Positions 19,331 to 29,602 of a stretch of DNA of 64,000 nt are shown piece after piece. The position numbers were made by a program, and so were the translations under genes. Within the stretch, counting starts at the first letter, position 1; every line of letters begins with the position of its first letter. This DNA comes from an uncultured bacterium (GTDB taxonomy: Bacteria; Verrucomicrobiota; Verrucomicrobiia; Verrucomicrobiales; DEV007), in contig CAXBMO010000022.1 in assembly GCA_963977015.1 (NCBI GenBank), positions 36,063 through 100,062 on the forward strand, given 5' to 3'. The notes under the pieces are model-generated. The model saw only the letters and a list, made by a program, of their open reading frames with translations, made no database searches and was not told the DNA's origin.

Positions 19331-19912
19331 ATGAAACCCCTCAGTCAACTTTTGCTCCTTTGCTTGGCCGCCTCGATTTCGCTGTCCTGTTCCCCAAGCG
19401 ATTCCCCCTCCGGAGATAGCGAGGCAACCTCTCCGTTCAGCCAGGTCACCAATCAACTCCAAGCGATTGAAGCCGGAGAAATTTCGAAATTGCATACCCT
19501 CAACGGTGTCTTTCTTGCCAGCCAACCTGCGGAGTCCGACCTTGCGCAGGCGAAAACTGATGGCGTAAAAACCGTCGTCAATCTCAGGCACGACGAGGAA
19601 ATCAAGGATTTCGCGGAGAAGGAAGTCGTGGAGAACCTTGGAATGACCTACATTCACCTTCCCTGGAATGGGGAAGAGGAATTGACCGACGCAATTTTTG
19701 ACCAATCACGCGAGGTTCTGAAGAATGCGGAAAAACCGATGCTGATTCACTGCAAGTCAGCCAATCGCAATGGCGCCGTTTGGCTCCCCTATCGCGTCCT
19801 CGACGGCGGTTTGACTGTGGAAGAGGCCCTGGCCGAAGCAAAAACGGTGGGCCTAACGAGCGCAAAATACGAAGCCAGGGCCTTGGACTATATTTCAAGA
19901 AAATCGTCGTAA
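19331..19912 (+). CDS. PTP-like / DUF442 phosphatase-fold lipoprotein
   Basis: HCKSANR P-loop, GVKTVVNLR, lipobox SLSC. Confidence 0.8.
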   Translation: MKPLSQLLLLCLAASISLSCSPSDSPSGDSEATSPFSQVTNQLQAIEAGEISKLHTLNGVFLASQPAESDLAQAKTDGVKTVVNLRHDEEIKDFAEKEVVENLGMTYIHLPWNGEEELTDAIFDQSREVLKNAEKPMLIHCKSANRNGAVWLPYRVLDGGLTVEEALAEAKTVGLTSAKYEARALDYISRKSS

Positions 19913-19933
19913 TCCCCCACCCATCCAAACTCC

Positions 19934-20620
19934 GTGAACCAAGATTTCTCAACCAAATTCACCGGCTGGTCCTTCCTCGCCGCAGTGGCTATGATGTGGG
20001 GCGGCTGGATGCTGATCCCGATTCCCGTTGGCCCCTATGTTGAGGCGGAGCACTTCCCCGTCGTCAGCGAAAACCGCTACCTCTTCGTCTGGGCCTTCCG
20101 TTTTTACTTCTTTGGCGTCGTCTTTTTTGTGGTTGCCTTGGTGGCATTGGCAGCCCTTATCTCGAACAGCCTGGCCAGGGTCATCATTTGGCCTGGCGCG
20201 GCCGTCGCTGCTGGCGGAGCATTCGCCTACGCCTTGGGTAGCGCCTTCTATTACCACCACGGATATTGGGGTTCCCTTGAATTGGAAGGCCAATCCGCCG
20301 AAGCGGTGGCGACCTACATTGAAGCCACCCGATTCGACTCGAAATACGTTACCTGCTTTGTCAGGTTTGGCCGCCTCTTCAGTGGCCTCGGCGTCCTTCT
20401 CGTCAGCGTCGGCATCATGAAATGGCACCCCGTCCCGACTTGGCTCGGCTGCCTTGGCCTCTTTATTGGCCTGGCAGCCATTGCCATTGTCATGGCTTCC
20501 GGTGATGCCTTCTGGGTCTATGCGCCCGTCTTCCACCTCCAGGCCATCTGGTTGACTGGACTGGGAATATCGATCCTGCGAAAGGGATTGAATCCGGAGT
20601 TACTCAACTCGACAGCCTGA
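19934..20620 (+). CDS. Hypothetical polytopic membrane protein
   Basis: About 6 hydrophobic helices. Confidence 0.7.
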   Translation: MNQDFSTKFTGWSFLAAVAMMWGGWMLIPIPVGPYVEAEHFPVVSENRYLFVWAFRFYFFGVVFFVVALVALAALISNSLARVIIWPGAAVAAGGAFAYALGSAFYYHHGYWGSLELEGQSAEAVATYIEATRFDSKYVTCFVRFGRLFSGLGVLLVSVGIMKWHPVPTWLGCLGLFIGLAAIAIVMASGDAFWVYAPVFHLQAIWLTGLGISILRKGLNPELLNSTA

Positions 20621-20705
20621 GAGCCGCGCGAAAAAATACAGCCTCGACACGATTCGACTCTTTTTTTGCTCGACTCCATCGCTTCTCACGTCATTAACTG
20701 GCGGT

Positions 20706-21146
20706 ATGGCAGCAGGCAATTACTCATCGCTCACCGAAGCAGCAGAAGCATGGTTCGAGAACGTTTGGAACAAGCAGGATGTTAGCATGATCCCCAAAAT
20801 GATGGCAGAGGATTGCCATCTGCATGGTCTCGACCTTCCGGGCGGAGGACGCGAAGGCTTTTGCGCGTTTCATCAGCTGTTTACGACGACCTTCCAAGAC
20901 TTGAAGATTGAAATCCTTGAGATTGGCGAGCAAGGAGACCGAGTTTTTGGCCACTGCAAATTATCGGGCATTCACCGCGCCACAGGTAAAGACGTCGCCA
21001 GCGACTTCAGTTTCTCAGCAAGATGGAAAGACGGTTATGTTGTCGAAACCCGAAACGTCGTCAACTTTGCGGAGATCCTCGCCCAGGTCGACGAACTTCC
21101 ATCCGACGCCATGCCAAGGCTCTTCGCTCCAACCGCACACTCCTGA
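20706..21146 (+). CDS. SnoaL-like / ester cyclase (NTF2 fold) protein
   Basis: WFENVWNKQD, GREGFCAFH, FQDLKIEI. Confidence 0.85.
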   Translation: MAAGNYSSLTEAAEAWFENVWNKQDVSMIPKMMAEDCHLHGLDLPGGGREGFCAFHQLFTTTFQDLKIEILEIGEQGDRVFGHCKLSGIHRATGKDVASDFSFSARWKDGYVVETRNVVNFAEILAQVDELPSDAMPRLFAPTAHS

Positions 21147-21207
21147 CCGGCCGGAAGCCGGCAACTTGCGATGAATTGTGAAAGGGCTGTGAGCGTATCG
21201 GCCTACT

Positions 21208-21501
21208 TTAGTCTTTCTTCGTTTTCCTCGAGAGTTTCGCCCCAAGGTTCGACATCCCTTTCCCTGCGCCGGAGGCCACGTTCTTCGCATTCTTCCCCAC
21301 CCATTGCAGACCGGATCCGGCTGCTTCAATGGCGGATCCCGCCAGGTGCAGAACGTCACCGAGCACCCGCCCCGCTCGTTGTGGAGCCGAAATCGCCTCT
21401 TCGGTCGCAGATGAAGTGGCAGCAGGTTCAGCCCCATAGCTGAGAGGAACTGAAACGGTGAGAAGCGATACGGAAGTCAGAACAGTTATAAGAGTTTTCA
21501 T
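21208..21501 (-). CDS. Small secreted hypothetical protein
   Basis: Signal peptide, Ala/Gly-rich amphipathic body, basic tail. Confidence 0.6.
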   Translation of the reverse strand: MKTLITVLTSVSLLTVSVPLSYGAEPAATSSATEEAISAPQRAGRVLGDVLHLAGSAIEAAGSGLQWVGKNAKNVASGAGKGMSNLGAKLSRKTKKD

Positions 21502-21713
21502 GGTTATTGCTTGGTGAAAATGATAATTATGGAAGCGCTTAATGCGTCAAGAAACAAGAGGTGATCTAGGATTTGAAGCAGAGACGAATCCCGCACTGGT
21601 GAATTGAGAAGAAAGTTGGAAAACCCCTATGATGCCCCAAGAATCCGAAAATCGGGTTTTGAACCGGCCCGAACTTCAGTGAAGTTCCCCCCGTGTCCAG
21701 GAGTCTACCAACC

Positions 21714-22778
21714 ATGAGCCTGAGAGGCGGCCTCATCATCCTCAAACTATTTGCAACACTGGGACTGCTGCAAAACGCCTTGGCAACGGCTCCTGAGAAA
21801 TGGAATTCGATCAAGATCGACGGACGAAATTACGTTGCCGTTGCTGATCTGGCGAAAGCCTATTCCATGACGCGGATGACGCCGCGCGAAGATCCCAAGG
21901 AAATCGCCTTTGGGGGAGACAAACACACTCTCGCCGTTAAAATCGACAGCCGCCAATCACTCATCGACGGGGTGCGGCACTGGCTTTCCTTCCCCGTCGT
22001 CTCGAAGGACGAGAACAAGCGGGTTTTTGTTTCGTTGATTGATGTGCGATCGACCATCGTCCCAGCCTTCGAGCCCGGTGCGGCCCAAGGAATTGGCCCT
22101 GTCAAAACCATTGTTTTCGATCCTGGACATGGCGGGCATGACCCCGGCGGAATTGGCCTTCTCGGAGTTGAGCGGGACTACACGCTCGACCTCGTAAAAC
22201 GCACCCGAAAGCTCCTGGAAGCGAAGGGGATCACGGTCGTGCAAAACCGGCTCAGCGACTTCTTCATCCCTCTTCACAAGCGGCCCTCAATGACAAAAAA
22301 CTATGACGCCCCGATCTTTGTCAGCCTCCACCTGAACGCCGCCACGAACCGCGAGGCCAATGGCATTGAGATTTTTTCGATCCCTCCATTGGGTGCACCG
22401 CCCCACGGTGCCAAACCGGATAAGAAGGCGGATATTGAAAAGCACCCGAACACACCTCACGAACCCGCCAGCTTCATCCTCGCAAACACGATTCATCAGG
22501 CTCTTCTCGGAAAAACGGCCGCCTTTGATCGTGGAGTGAAGCGCGCCCGTTTCTCCGTCCTTCGCCACGCCTCCGTCCCCGCCGTCCTCGTTGAGGGCGG
22601 ATTTATCAGCCACAAGGAGGAAGCCAAACGCATCCACACCCCGGAGTGGCGTCAGAAATTCGCAAGTGCCCTCGCCGATGGCATTGAGGCTTACGTCAAT
22701 CTGGCCAACCAAAAGAAAGCCCCCGCCCGAGCCGTCGACCTCAATCGCAAGCCAACCATTGAATTTGTGCCAGAGTAG
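21714..22778 (+). CDS. N-acetylmuramoyl-L-alanine amidase (Amidase_3)
   Basis: DPGHGGHDPG, FVSLHLNA, PAVLVEGGFIS. Confidence 0.92.
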   Translation: MSLRGGLIILKLFATLGLLQNALATAPEKWNSIKIDGRNYVAVADLAKAYSMTRMTPREDPKEIAFGGDKHTLAVKIDSRQSLIDGVRHWLSFPVVSKDENKRVFVSLIDVRSTIVPAFEPGAAQGIGPVKTIVFDPGHGGHDPGGIGLLGVERDYTLDLVKRTRKLLEAKGITVVQNRLSDFFIPLHKRPSMTKNYDAPIFVSLHLNAATNREANGIEIFSIPPLGAPPHGAKPDKKADIEKHPNTPHEPASFILANTIHQALLGKTAAFDRGVKRARFSVLRHASVPAVLVEGGFISHKEEAKRIHTPEWRQKFASALADGIEAYVNLANQKKAPARAVDLNRKPTIEFVPE

Positions 22779-22833
22779 CCCAAATCGCTGAGGATCAGGC
22801 ACCAGCAACGAAAGATTTTTCCAGAGGGCTAGG

Positions 22834-23532
22834 TTAATCCTCAACCAGCAATCCCAGAATCATTGCCGATTTTCGATTCTCGATGCCCAACCGCTTGTAA
22901 ATCGACTCACAGTGCTTCTCAACGGTCCGCACACTCACCCCTAGAATCATGCTAATTTCTTCGTTCGTTTTCCCCTGAACGAGCCATTCGAAAACTTCAA
23001 CCTGGCGTTTGGTGAGTTTGCTGATCGCTTCCTCATTTCCGTTCTGTCGAAAATCCAACTGCTTTTCGACCTCCTCACTGGTCCAAACCTGCCACATTTC
23101 TGCAATCTTTTGATTTCTCATTTTGACCCTGCTGGTCCCACTCGCAAAGACGCGCTCCCCCACCGCAATGCTGCCCATGATCGGTTGTTTCAGGATTGCA
23201 TCGGCCGTCCAATTCACGGCAACTGAGTCCTCACCCACATGGATGTTGGTAACCACGTGGCTCATGTCGTCATAAATCAGGGGAATCTGCGCCAGATGAT
23301 CAATCATCGCCTCAATTCCGCGGACCGGTTCCGGAGAAGCTTGATCGTAGAACACCAAGTCATCACTCCAGTATTCCCTTGCCTTCTCCAAGCTAACCGG
23401 GCTGGCAGCCTTCACCGCATCGTTCAAAAAGATCTGCATATAATCGAGAATAAAACTCAGATTGAACCGTTCGGACTCTGAAAGCGCATTCAGAGCATCC
23501 GGCGAGGGCTTTTTCTTGAACCAATAGAGCAT
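22834..23532 (-). CDS. LuxR-family regulator with an N-terminal SnoaL-like domain
   Basis: LTKRQVEVFEWLVQGKTNEEISMILGVSVRTVEKH HTH; NTF2-like N-terminal pattern. Confidence 0.85.
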   Translation of the reverse strand: MLYWFKKKPSPDALNALSESERFNLSFILDYMQIFLNDAVKAASPVSLEKAREYWSDDLVFYDQASPEPVRGIEAMIDHLAQIPLIYDDMSHVVTNIHVGEDSVAVNWTADAILKQPIMGSIAVGERVFASGTSRVKMRNQKIAEMWQVWTSEEVEKQLDFRQNGNEEAISKLTKRQVEVFEWLVQGKTNEEISMILGVSVRTVEKHCESIYKRLGIENRKSAMILGLLVED

Positions 23533-23605
23533 CCTTCACCATTGATCTTCGAAGCGAACCTGCAACCGAATGAATCTCGAATCGAAAGAGAACTTCGCTC
23601 GAAAC

Positions 23606-24772
23606 TCAAGGTTCTGGAACGAGGATCTCTACAACGCCCCTGCCCCTGCCCATGGCAAAGATTCGACCAGAGATAGGCTCATTCGTCAAACAATGGAATG
23701 GGATGTCTCTAGTCAGTAGAAAATAGCCGGAGTCTTCCCGATCAATGAGGACCAACATACAATTATCAGGCCCTATACTTCCGTCTTCTCCCCGATAGTG
23801 AAATCCAACAATTACTTGGGATTCCGACAAAGCGACACAATCAAATACGGAAATATCTTTAGACTTGCGAAAGCATTCGAAGTCGATCCACGGTTCGCTC
23901 AAAAGCTCATAGTCGTCTGGAGAAATACCGTTCAACACTCTTACCTTTTGACCTTGGATATCCAGGCAATGAATGCGCTTCCGATCAAACGGGGGAATAT
24001 GAAGTTTTCCACTCGGAATACGTTTGGCAATTCGCGAAATAGAGATTGGATCGGTTTGGTCGATCCGATAAAGATCACCTGAACCCCTATCAGTGAAGGC
24101 AATTTTCAAGTCGAGAAGTGATACGAGATAGTGAGGATACCCCTTCAACTCCCCCCTAACATATCCGCTTCGCCCTTTGGTGGAGGAAAATTTGATGTAT
24201 TCCTCGGGTTCGCCAAGAGGAAGACCAGACATGATACCAAGTCTCCAAAAATCAGCCCAAACAATGGAGCCATCGGTTCGCACGGCAAACGAGTAGTTGC
24301 TGGGTCCGTCATTGGCAATTTGCGCTACGAGAAGAGGCCGCGGCCCGATGTAAGCAAGATTGAGTTCTTTGCCATCCCAAGTGATCTGTTGAAGATCCCG
24401 AGCAACGGAGTCCGGCAGACTTTGAGCTCCCAAATCTCCTTTGGGTATGGATTCACCAGTCTGCCAGGGTTCGAAACGGGTAAGTGGCGGAAGAAAATTT
24501 AATGGTCGCTCTGGAGGCGTCAGCTGTTGCTCGACAAACGCTTGGTCAGCCTGACTAAGGGTGGCTATCGGGATCGAAAACACTCGTCCGTCAGACTGGC
24601 GACGAATTCTGACGGTATCCGCCTCTACCGAGACCAACTCGGCCGAAATGGATACGCCATTCTCATTCGTCCATTCGCGGACTTCAGCTTGAGCACAATG
24701 CCATCCAATAATCAGATGCACTGAGAGGATACAAAAGCTCAACTTACGCAACATCATTTTGGGTAGATTCAT
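23606..24772 (-). CDS. Secreted SHD1-domain protein with beta-rich C-terminal region
   Basis: REWTNENGVSISAELV...IPIATLSQADQAFV (SLA1 homology domain 1 pattern); signal peptide. Confidence 0.75.
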   Translation of the reverse strand: MNLPKMMLRKLSFCILSVHLIIGWHCAQAEVREWTNENGVSISAELVSVEADTVRIRRQSDGRVFSIPIATLSQADQAFVEQQLTPPERPLNFLPPLTRFEPWQTGESIPKGDLGAQSLPDSVARDLQQITWDGKELNLAYIGPRPLLVAQIANDGPSNYSFAVRTDGSIVWADFWRLGIMSGLPLGEPEEYIKFSSTKGRSGYVRGELKGYPHYLVSLLDLKIAFTDRGSGDLYRIDQTDPISISRIAKRIPSGKLHIPPFDRKRIHCLDIQGQKVRVLNGISPDDYELLSEPWIDFECFRKSKDISVFDCVALSESQVIVGFHYRGEDGSIGPDNCMLVLIDREDSGYFLLTRDIPFHCLTNEPISGRIFAMGRGRGVVEILVPEP

Positions 24773-24780
24773 ATCCAATC

Positions 24781-26445
24781 CTATCGCATCAACGCTTCAC
24801 GTGCGTCTGGATCACTCATCAACTTTTGGTATTCCAACTCCACCCGATTCAGCGCCTGGGCAATTTGCCCTCTCAGTTCACTTCTCTGGGCGGAGCTAAG
24901 ATTGAGCGATTCACGGCGTTTGGTTGAGTTGTATTGGTTAATGGAATCCAACCATTCGAGGCTGCGCGGATCGAAAGCACTGCGGGCTTTTCCGAGTGTG
25001 GTGATGGCTTCCTGCAACGTTTCGTATTTGGGAGATCTCCCCCGATCAAGAAATACGTAGGCATGGAGCATCTGATCGAGTGACCCCGCGAGGGTGAGCT
25101 TTCTGGGATGCCGGTTGGATCCCCGCAAGAGCAGGAGTTTGGCCGAGACATGATTCGGTGCAAGTTCGAGGACTCTGGTCAATCGTTCCCGAACCTGCTG
25201 ATTGCTGAGCAGGGCCTCCGGGTTTGAGCCGCGTAACACGTCCTGAACCTCAGCGAACAGTTCGATACTCTCCTGAAGATCAGCGTCCCTACCATTCGGA
25301 GAAACGGCCAGGGCCTTTGCCTCTTCAAACGTCTTGACGGTGAAAATCTGCGTCTGGAAAATTGGATCGACGCCCTCAGTTAGGAGAAGATCCCCCAATC
25401 GTGATGCGTTTTTTTCCGGTATTGCGACCAAGTTGATTCCGGAATCGCCCTCCGCTGGCTGCGTGGCAAGGATCCGGTCCCGAATAAAATAGATCGGCTG
25501 AATCGAGCCGTCTGCGTTGAGGTCCCCAAGCGGAGCAAATTGGGGATCGAGAGCAACGTCATTGACCAAGGCATCTACGAGTAGCGCACACGCCAGGACA
25601 CTGGATGGTCCATCAATCTGCGAATACCCTTCCCCGAATGAGAGATCAATCCGATTTCCGCTGGGAATTGCCACGTTGCGCAGAGAAAACATCTTTACCA
25701 TCTCATGCATGGCCGAGGCAAGTTCAGGCGGCTGCTGCCCCTTCACCACCGTAATCGACGAGCCAATACTCCCAAATTCACGGACACTGGCACTTACCTT
25801 CATTGGCTTCATCGATGAAGCGAGTACATCCCAACGCTTTTCGATTGCAGATAGTGATGCGTTCACTCGAGTTTCATCCAGAAAAACGCCTCCCACCGTC
25901 GCAAACTCACGTGGAAAATTCTCTGGGGCCATGGCCTCACCAGGCTGCTCGCCATCCATCGCTGGATCTTGATCCGGAGCCACGCTGGGGAAGCCGGTAG
26001 AATCAACCAACTGCCTCATCAACACGGAGGCCTTCGTGCTCAGAGTTCCGTCAGCGGCCTCAATCTTGGGCATTAATCGGGTGAGTTCGCTCAAGACTTC
26101 ATCCTTTGCTCGCGGCCGGGAAAAACCTGAGAACTTGATACCATTGCGAAGGAAGAAATTCGCCTCTATCACGTCCCAATTCTCCGGGGCCAGAGTAAAT
26201 GCAAAGGCGAGCGCGCCGGACTTGATCGCCGGGTCCAATTCTTCCTGTTTGGCCAGTTCGACCAATGCAACGACCAAGGAAGAGTGTTCGGTTGGCGGCA
26301 ACGCCAGGTCCATACGAGAAAACAGCGGATGGCTGAAATCCGGCTCCAAATATTCTTGAGCATTAGCTGGAGATGCAAACATCACCACGCCTCCAAGACA
26401 GGCCACGAAGAAAAAAGGCAACGAGAAAAACAAACGATCATTCAT
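24781..26445 (-). CDS. Exported Lon-type (S16) protease-domain protein, degenerate active site
   Basis: IDGPSS motif but Arg at the catalytic Lys position; signal peptide; no Walker A. Confidence 0.8.
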   Translation of the reverse strand: MNDRLFFSLPFFFVACLGGVVMFASPANAQEYLEPDFSHPLFSRMDLALPPTEHSSLVVALVELAKQEELDPAIKSGALAFAFTLAPENWDVIEANFFLRNGIKFSGFSRPRAKDEVLSELTRLMPKIEAADGTLSTKASVLMRQLVDSTGFPSVAPDQDPAMDGEQPGEAMAPENFPREFATVGGVFLDETRVNASLSAIEKRWDVLASSMKPMKVSASVREFGSIGSSITVVKGQQPPELASAMHEMVKMFSLRNVAIPSGNRIDLSFGEGYSQIDGPSSVLACALLVDALVNDVALDPQFAPLGDLNADGSIQPIYFIRDRILATQPAEGDSGINLVAIPEKNASRLGDLLLTEGVDPIFQTQIFTVKTFEEAKALAVSPNGRDADLQESIELFAEVQDVLRGSNPEALLSNQQVRERLTRVLELAPNHVSAKLLLLRGSNRHPRKLTLAGSLDQMLHAYVFLDRGRSPKYETLQEAITTLGKARSAFDPRSLEWLDSINQYNSTKRRESLNLSSAQRSELRGQIAQALNRVELEYQKLMSDPDAREALMR

Positions 26446-26469
26446 AAGGTTCAAAGCAAAATGGTGTTC

Positions 26470-28203
26470 TTAGTCTTCCTCTTCCAATCCAGCTTCTCTC
26501 TGCACCTCCTTAACCAACATATTGTACCTGGACTGCACCCGATCCCCCGCATTGCCGATTTTATTCGCCAGCTCGCGCCGACCGGTATCGCTCTTGGGGG
26601 GACTGTTTCTCACAATGCGAAACAAATCCGAAAATTCAGCAATGGCGTCGGCGGTCTCCCACGCTCGGGGATCCAGTTTCGGGCGCAAACGCTTCAACTG
26701 AGACGAAGCCGTGGCGAATTCATCCGTTTCAAGCGCACTGCTCGCCCCGCGGAACCCGTCATTCTCCAACCCTTGAATGAGTGGTAGTGCCGCACGGTCA
26801 ATGGCCGTGAGTGACCCACGAAGCGTGAGTTGGCGTGGGGTACGTCCCATGGCCGACAGCAACAGCATTTTGGCGGATGCGTGGTTTGGGGCCAGCTCAA
26901 CGACCTGCCGCAAGCGCTGCTGGACCTGCCTGTTCTGGAGCATTCTTTCCCCGGCGCTTCCTCCGGAGAGCACCCGTTGGACGGTTGAAAACAACTCCAT
27001 GGCTTGCTTGAGGTCGTCCGCTCGTTCTGCAGGAGGGGCGGCGAGCGCATGCGCCGACTCAAACGAATCAATCGTGAATACCTGGATCGCCGTCATCGGC
27101 TCGATCCCATCGGTCAACAACAGATCCAGCAAGACCTCTTCATTGACGGACGGAATCGCCACATGAGTACATTTGCGGCTCGTGGCCCCGCGAATCTTGC
27201 CATCGATTCCTCCCACCGCCTTGACGGCACCATCGGTCTCAAGCGCCCCCGTGACCGCAAATCCGGGATCAATCTCCTCCCCCTTGAGCAACGAATTTAG
27301 AAGCAGCGCACAGGCAACCGAAGCCGAGTCCCCATCTTTCGGAGAATATTGGCTCTCAAAACTAATCTCCACGCGATGCCCTCTGGGAATTTCGCCTTGA
27401 TGGTTATCAATGTAGGTCACCACTTTGTTCAATCCCGACTCCATCATCTCCCCCACCTCTTGGTTAAACATCACCCGGGTTGACTGCCCCCTAACTCCTT
27501 GAACGACGGTCGCGTTCATTTGAGAAGCGCCGCCTGCGTAGTTGGAACCGTCCAACACCAATACCAGCAAGCCTGTGATCAAACTCTGCCGCTTCTGAAA
27601 TCCATCTCCCCCCATTTCTGTGGAAACACCCCCGGGCCTTTCAAAATAAATCACTTCTGAAGCCGCTGTTCTGGTGACCAAAACGTCTCCAGCATCCCCC
27701 TCAGGAAAGGCCGGTTCCCAATTCGCAGTCGGAGGTTGACGACGCCCAAAAAGAGCGGCTCGAATATCCTCAAGACAGGGAAGCACATCGGAAGCTGGAA
27801 GCCGATCAAGAAATGGCCCAATCCGGGCGGCCAGTTTTGGGATAGTTTCTTGAGATGCCCCTGCGAAGAAGGAATCCACATCGGCGCTTCCCGCCCCGGC
27901 ATAACGAAAATAAAAATCAGCCTCGATTACGTCCCTTCGATTCCCCAGCGCAAAACAGACAGCCATGGCCCTCCCCCGAGTCTTTCCGTCAACCTCTGGG
28001 TGCCAAATGATATCCATCAGCAGAAGATCCAATTCATCGCGCTGAACGGGAGTCAGACGATCAGAACCTGGCTCGAAAAGCGGCGTCCCAAATCGAGGCT
28101 CCAAATAGTCGTAGGTAACGTTTTCCTGACCGATAACTGTATCCATCGTTCCCACGCAAATTGCCAGAACGATAGCCAACCTGTAGTTCAAAAACCAACT
28201 CAT
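26470..28203 (-). CDS. Exported Lon-type (S16) protease-domain protein, intact Ser-Lys dyad
   Basis: PKDGDSA...AVTG...VGGIDGK with Ser and Lys 43 residues apart; signal peptide; no AAA+ module. Confidence 0.85.
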   Translation of the reverse strand: MSWFLNYRLAIVLAICVGTMDTVIGQENVTYDYLEPRFGTPLFEPGSDRLTPVQRDELDLLLMDIIWHPEVDGKTRGRAMAVCFALGNRRDVIEADFYFRYAGAGSADVDSFFAGASQETIPKLAARIGPFLDRLPASDVLPCLEDIRAALFGRRQPPTANWEPAFPEGDAGDVLVTRTAASEVIYFERPGGVSTEMGGDGFQKRQSLITGLLVLVLDGSNYAGGASQMNATVVQGVRGQSTRVMFNQEVGEMMESGLNKVVTYIDNHQGEIPRGHRVEISFESQYSPKDGDSASVACALLLNSLLKGEEIDPGFAVTGALETDGAVKAVGGIDGKIRGATSRKCTHVAIPSVNEEVLLDLLLTDGIEPMTAIQVFTIDSFESAHALAAPPAERADDLKQAMELFSTVQRVLSGGSAGERMLQNRQVQQRLRQVVELAPNHASAKMLLLSAMGRTPRQLTLRGSLTAIDRAALPLIQGLENDGFRGASSALETDEFATASSQLKRLRPKLDPRAWETADAIAEFSDLFRIVRNSPPKSDTGRRELANKIGNAGDRVQSRYNMLVKEVQREAGLEEED

Positions 28204-28307
28204 AGAATAGATGCCTGTAGCCAAGGCAGCCTTCGCAGGTTAGTTCGAGGTGGTCAACGCGAAATTTTTAACAATCGAAAGTTGGAACATTTCGGCATGT
28301 TGGTACG

Positions 28308-28512
28308 AGAGGGCGTTTGAAAATGAAGTCGAGACGCGCTGCGAGTGATTTTGTCGACTGGGAATGATGGCTCGGGGCGGCGATGAGCCTTCTCACAAAG
28401 CCCCGAACAGCATTTCCAGGCGGGAAAAGCGCCGCATCTCAAGATCATGCGAAGCCAATCTTCAAAAAGGAGGAACCACTTGCGCCTCCGTCATCATTTT
28501 CAAACGCTCCCT
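28308..28512. mobile_element. Putative MITE (~205 bp)
   Basis: 19-bp terminal inverted repeats with 2 mismatches (AGAGGGCGTTTGAAAATGA / TCATTTTCAAACGCTCCCT); long internal hairpin; non-coding. Confidence 0.6.
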
Positions 28513-28679
28513 AGGACAGCTCCACTATTGAGTCCTCCACCAATCACCAGTCGGTGAATGCTCCCAGCGTGATTCGCGAGGTTGACGCCTCTGCGCCTGA
28601 ATCTCCAATACCGTTGCAAAGACTTCAGCGCACCTCAGGTCGCGCTTTTCATTGAGAACAACCAATTGCCACTTCAGGG

Positions 28680-29396
28680 CTAGCTAAGGCTCTTCCTTAC
28701 GGAGGAGAACAAATAGTGTCCCCAGCCGTGATCGGCCTCCGCCCATCGTGAGTCATAGTGATGGCGGCGCTCGGTAAATCGTTCCGGATGCGGCATGAGC
28801 CCCAAGACGCGGCCGTCTTGATCCTGCAAACCGGCAATCGCCCTGCTGCTACCGTTGAAATTCTGCTCGTAGGTCAGAGCCACAACTCCGTCATCAAACA
28901 GTTGATCCGTGCTTTCTTGCGAAGGAGTCACCAGCCTCCCTTCCGCGTGGGCAACTGGAAGCTCAAATCTCTCCGGAAGCCCCTGCAAAAACGCGTTGTT
29001 GGTCACCTTTTGCTCCACGGTCGCCCAGCGGCAGACAAACCTTCCTGACGTGTTTTCGATCAAGCTGGCTTCGGGCAAAATCCCCAGCTTGGTCAGAATC
29101 TGAAATCCGTTGCAAATTCCCAGCAAATACCCGCCGTCGTGGTAAAACTGCTGAACGGCCGATCCAATGCGCCGCTCGATCTCCAGTTGTGCCAAGCGCC
29201 CGGCCATGACGTAGTCGCCGTAACTGAATCCTCCGGAAAAAACCAGCAATTGGTAGTCTTTGAGGCTCTCAGCGCTGATCAAACTGATCGGCTTCACATC
29301 AGCTTCGAACCCCACGTTTTCCAAAGCACGCGCAGTTTCCGCATCACAATTGGTTCCAGGAAATTTAAAAAGTAGCGCTTTGGGAGATGAACTCAT
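28680..29396 (-). CDS. purQ: Phosphoribosylformylglycinamidine synthase glutaminase subunit
   Basis: FPGTNCD, GGFSYGDY, GICNGFQ, AHAEGR, GLMPHPER. Confidence 0.95.
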   Translation of the reverse strand: MSSSPKALLFKFPGTNCDAETARALENVGFEADVKPISLISAESLKDYQLLVFSGGFSYGDYVMAGRLAQLEIERRIGSAVQQFYHDGGYLLGICNGFQILTKLGILPEASLIENTSGRFVCRWATVEQKVTNNAFLQGLPERFELPVAHAEGRLVTPSQESTDQLFDDGVVALTYEQNFNGSSRAIAGLQDQDGRVLGLMPHPERFTERRHHYDSRWAEADHGWGHYLFSSVRKSLS

Positions 29397-29602
29397 CGTT
29401 GAAAGAGCCTGACAAATCCCCCAAAATCATCAACTTTCAAGTAAGGTTCTCTTCCAAGACCTGATTCGCCAATCATTGAGGGAATTAAAAGAGGAATCCG
29501 TCCTACAAATACGCCTGAATATGGTTCACTGAATTGGGTTGCAGGCCAATCCCGTAAAAGTTACTACTTTAAGACGCCAATCTCGCCCAGTTTTCAGCTG
29601 TT

